DNA from: Lama glama
Lineage: Eukaryota
DNA length: 64,000 nt
Assembly: GCA_028534125.1 (NCBI GenBank)
Contig: CM052825.1
Location: 11,532,001-11,596,000 of the forward strand
Direction of reading: 5' to 3'
In this document: positions 62,831 through 64,000 of the stretch, one piece after another
Position numbering within the stretch: position 1 is the first letter of the stretch
Layout: each line of letters begins with the position of its first letter
Position numbers and translations under genes: made by a program
The notes under the pieces: generated by a model
Seen by the model: the letters and a program-made list of their open reading frames with translations, nothing else
Databases searched by the model: none
What the model was told of the DNA's origin: nothing

Positions 62831-63559
62831 CCCTGGTTCCCAGACTTTGAATAGTTTTCTACCTCAGAGCCATTTATCTTTTTCAACCGCCACAGAGAGG
62901 CTCAACCTGCCTGATATGCAAGTGACCTGGGAAGACTAAGGGCTGTGACTGAGGAGTGCCCCGTCCTGCAGGCCCCCCACCATAGCTGTTCCAAGACATC
63001 CTCTTCATCCTCAGTGGTGCACTGTGGCCAAGCCGTCAAAGCCCAAGCTGAACATGAACACATTTCTAAGGAGGGTGGCCAGTTACAGCGCAGAACGCCT
63101 TTCATTGAGGGGAACATCTGACTGGAGGCCCCCTAAAATAGAAAGAAGACCCAATAGGACCACAAGAATAAAGCTCCGCCCTCAGGGACCTCCTTGCTGC
63201 CGGACCCTCACTTCACGGAGCATGTGATCAGATGAGGAATTTCTGATCAGAACGAAAATCACCCTCAGGAAAGGAAAGGGGGCTATTTTGGCAGAAACCG
63301 TGTGAGCGCTAAGACACGCTCTCTCACGCCTCATTGCGATCATTGTGAATGCATCTCGTGTCCTAATTAAAAATAACTAAAGTCTGTTCACACATCCTCT
63401 TCCTCCACCCTGAGCGAGTTTGCCCAGGACGGTCGCTCTTGCCTCAGAGTCAGGGGAGGCCAAGTGGCAACCCTTCCAGATGAAGGAATTTTCTGGATCG
63501 TTTGCTCTGTGTCTTAACCTGGGCTCCTGAAGCAACAAAGCCTGAGGCAAAAGCCTGTG

Positions 63560-63770
63560 GGGCAGAAAAGGCAAATCTAGAGAAGCAGGAGGCAGGTTAG
63601 CGGCTGCCCAGGCTGGGAGTGGAACAGGGATGACAGCAAACGGCTCCGGGGCTGTTTCGGGGGTGATGGAAATGTTTTAGAATTAGATTTTGGTGACGGT
63701 TGGGCAATGCAGTGAATTTTATGGTCCCTAAATTACACATCAGTAAAGCTATCAAAAAAAAAAAAAAGCT
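63560..63770 (+). mobile_element. L1MB/ME 3' end
   Basis: ggcaaatctagagaagcag...tttcggggtgatggaaatgttttagaattaga...cagtaaagct + A tail. Confidence 0.8.
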
Positions 63771-64000
63771 TAAGGGCTAACACTTTCCTGAGGGACAGAA
63801 TCCCAGGAAGCAAGGCAGAAGAGATGGGGAAATGAGGCAGAGAAGCGGGTACAGGAGCTCAGAGAGACAGCACGGCCACGTCCTCTTGCTGACACCTTCA
63901 TGAAGGTGGTCTGCCCCAGAACTGGGGGCCCCAGGCAGGGAGGGAGAAGAGTGCACCCCTAGCCCTTCCTGCACTATTGGGTTGCACATGAGCCCAAAGA

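Larger units (their letters stand above)
1..64000 (-). other. CALN1: CALN1 intronic sequence (introns flanking the 144-nt exon)
   Basis: An isolated internal exon with no other recognisable CALN1 exon in 9 kb downstream or 55 kb upstream. CALN1 is known to have very large introns. Confidence 0.8.

Noticed and set aside
1-64000. CRISPR array, operon or other prokaryote-style novel system; REST/RE1 site
   Set aside because: The sequence is mammalian intron with no regularly spaced repeat-spacer array. I saw only half-site matches to RE1.

Overview
Mammalian genomic DNA, most likely camelid (two tRNA-Ala-derived SINEs of the Vic-1/VICSINE type plus artiodactyl-type L1 3' ends). The only protein-coding sequence I can support is one 144-nt minus-strand exon (9169-9312) of CALN1 (calneuron-1/CaBP8), which encodes EF-hand 1 and the start of EF-hand 2. 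The rest appears to be CALN1 intron, densely filled with L1, L2, MIR, MaLR/ERVL LTRs, hAT/Tigger DNA-transposon relics and microsatellites, with three N gaps inside repeats. I found no novel multi-gene system, and the other listed ORFs look like chance or repeat-derived frames. The most notable small-scale signals are: a young L1 insertion with a perfect 14-bp TSD and a probable 18-nt 3' transduction (38264-38550); a perfect 16-bp inverted repeat (59214-59249); a long hairpin (42462-42519); a 17-bp direct repeat flanking a hairpin-containing insert (41539-41650); a 103-bp tandem duplication; a canonical RFX X-box; and several candidate intronic enhancers. Repeat subfamily names and most repeat boundaries come from recalled consensus motifs and are approximate.
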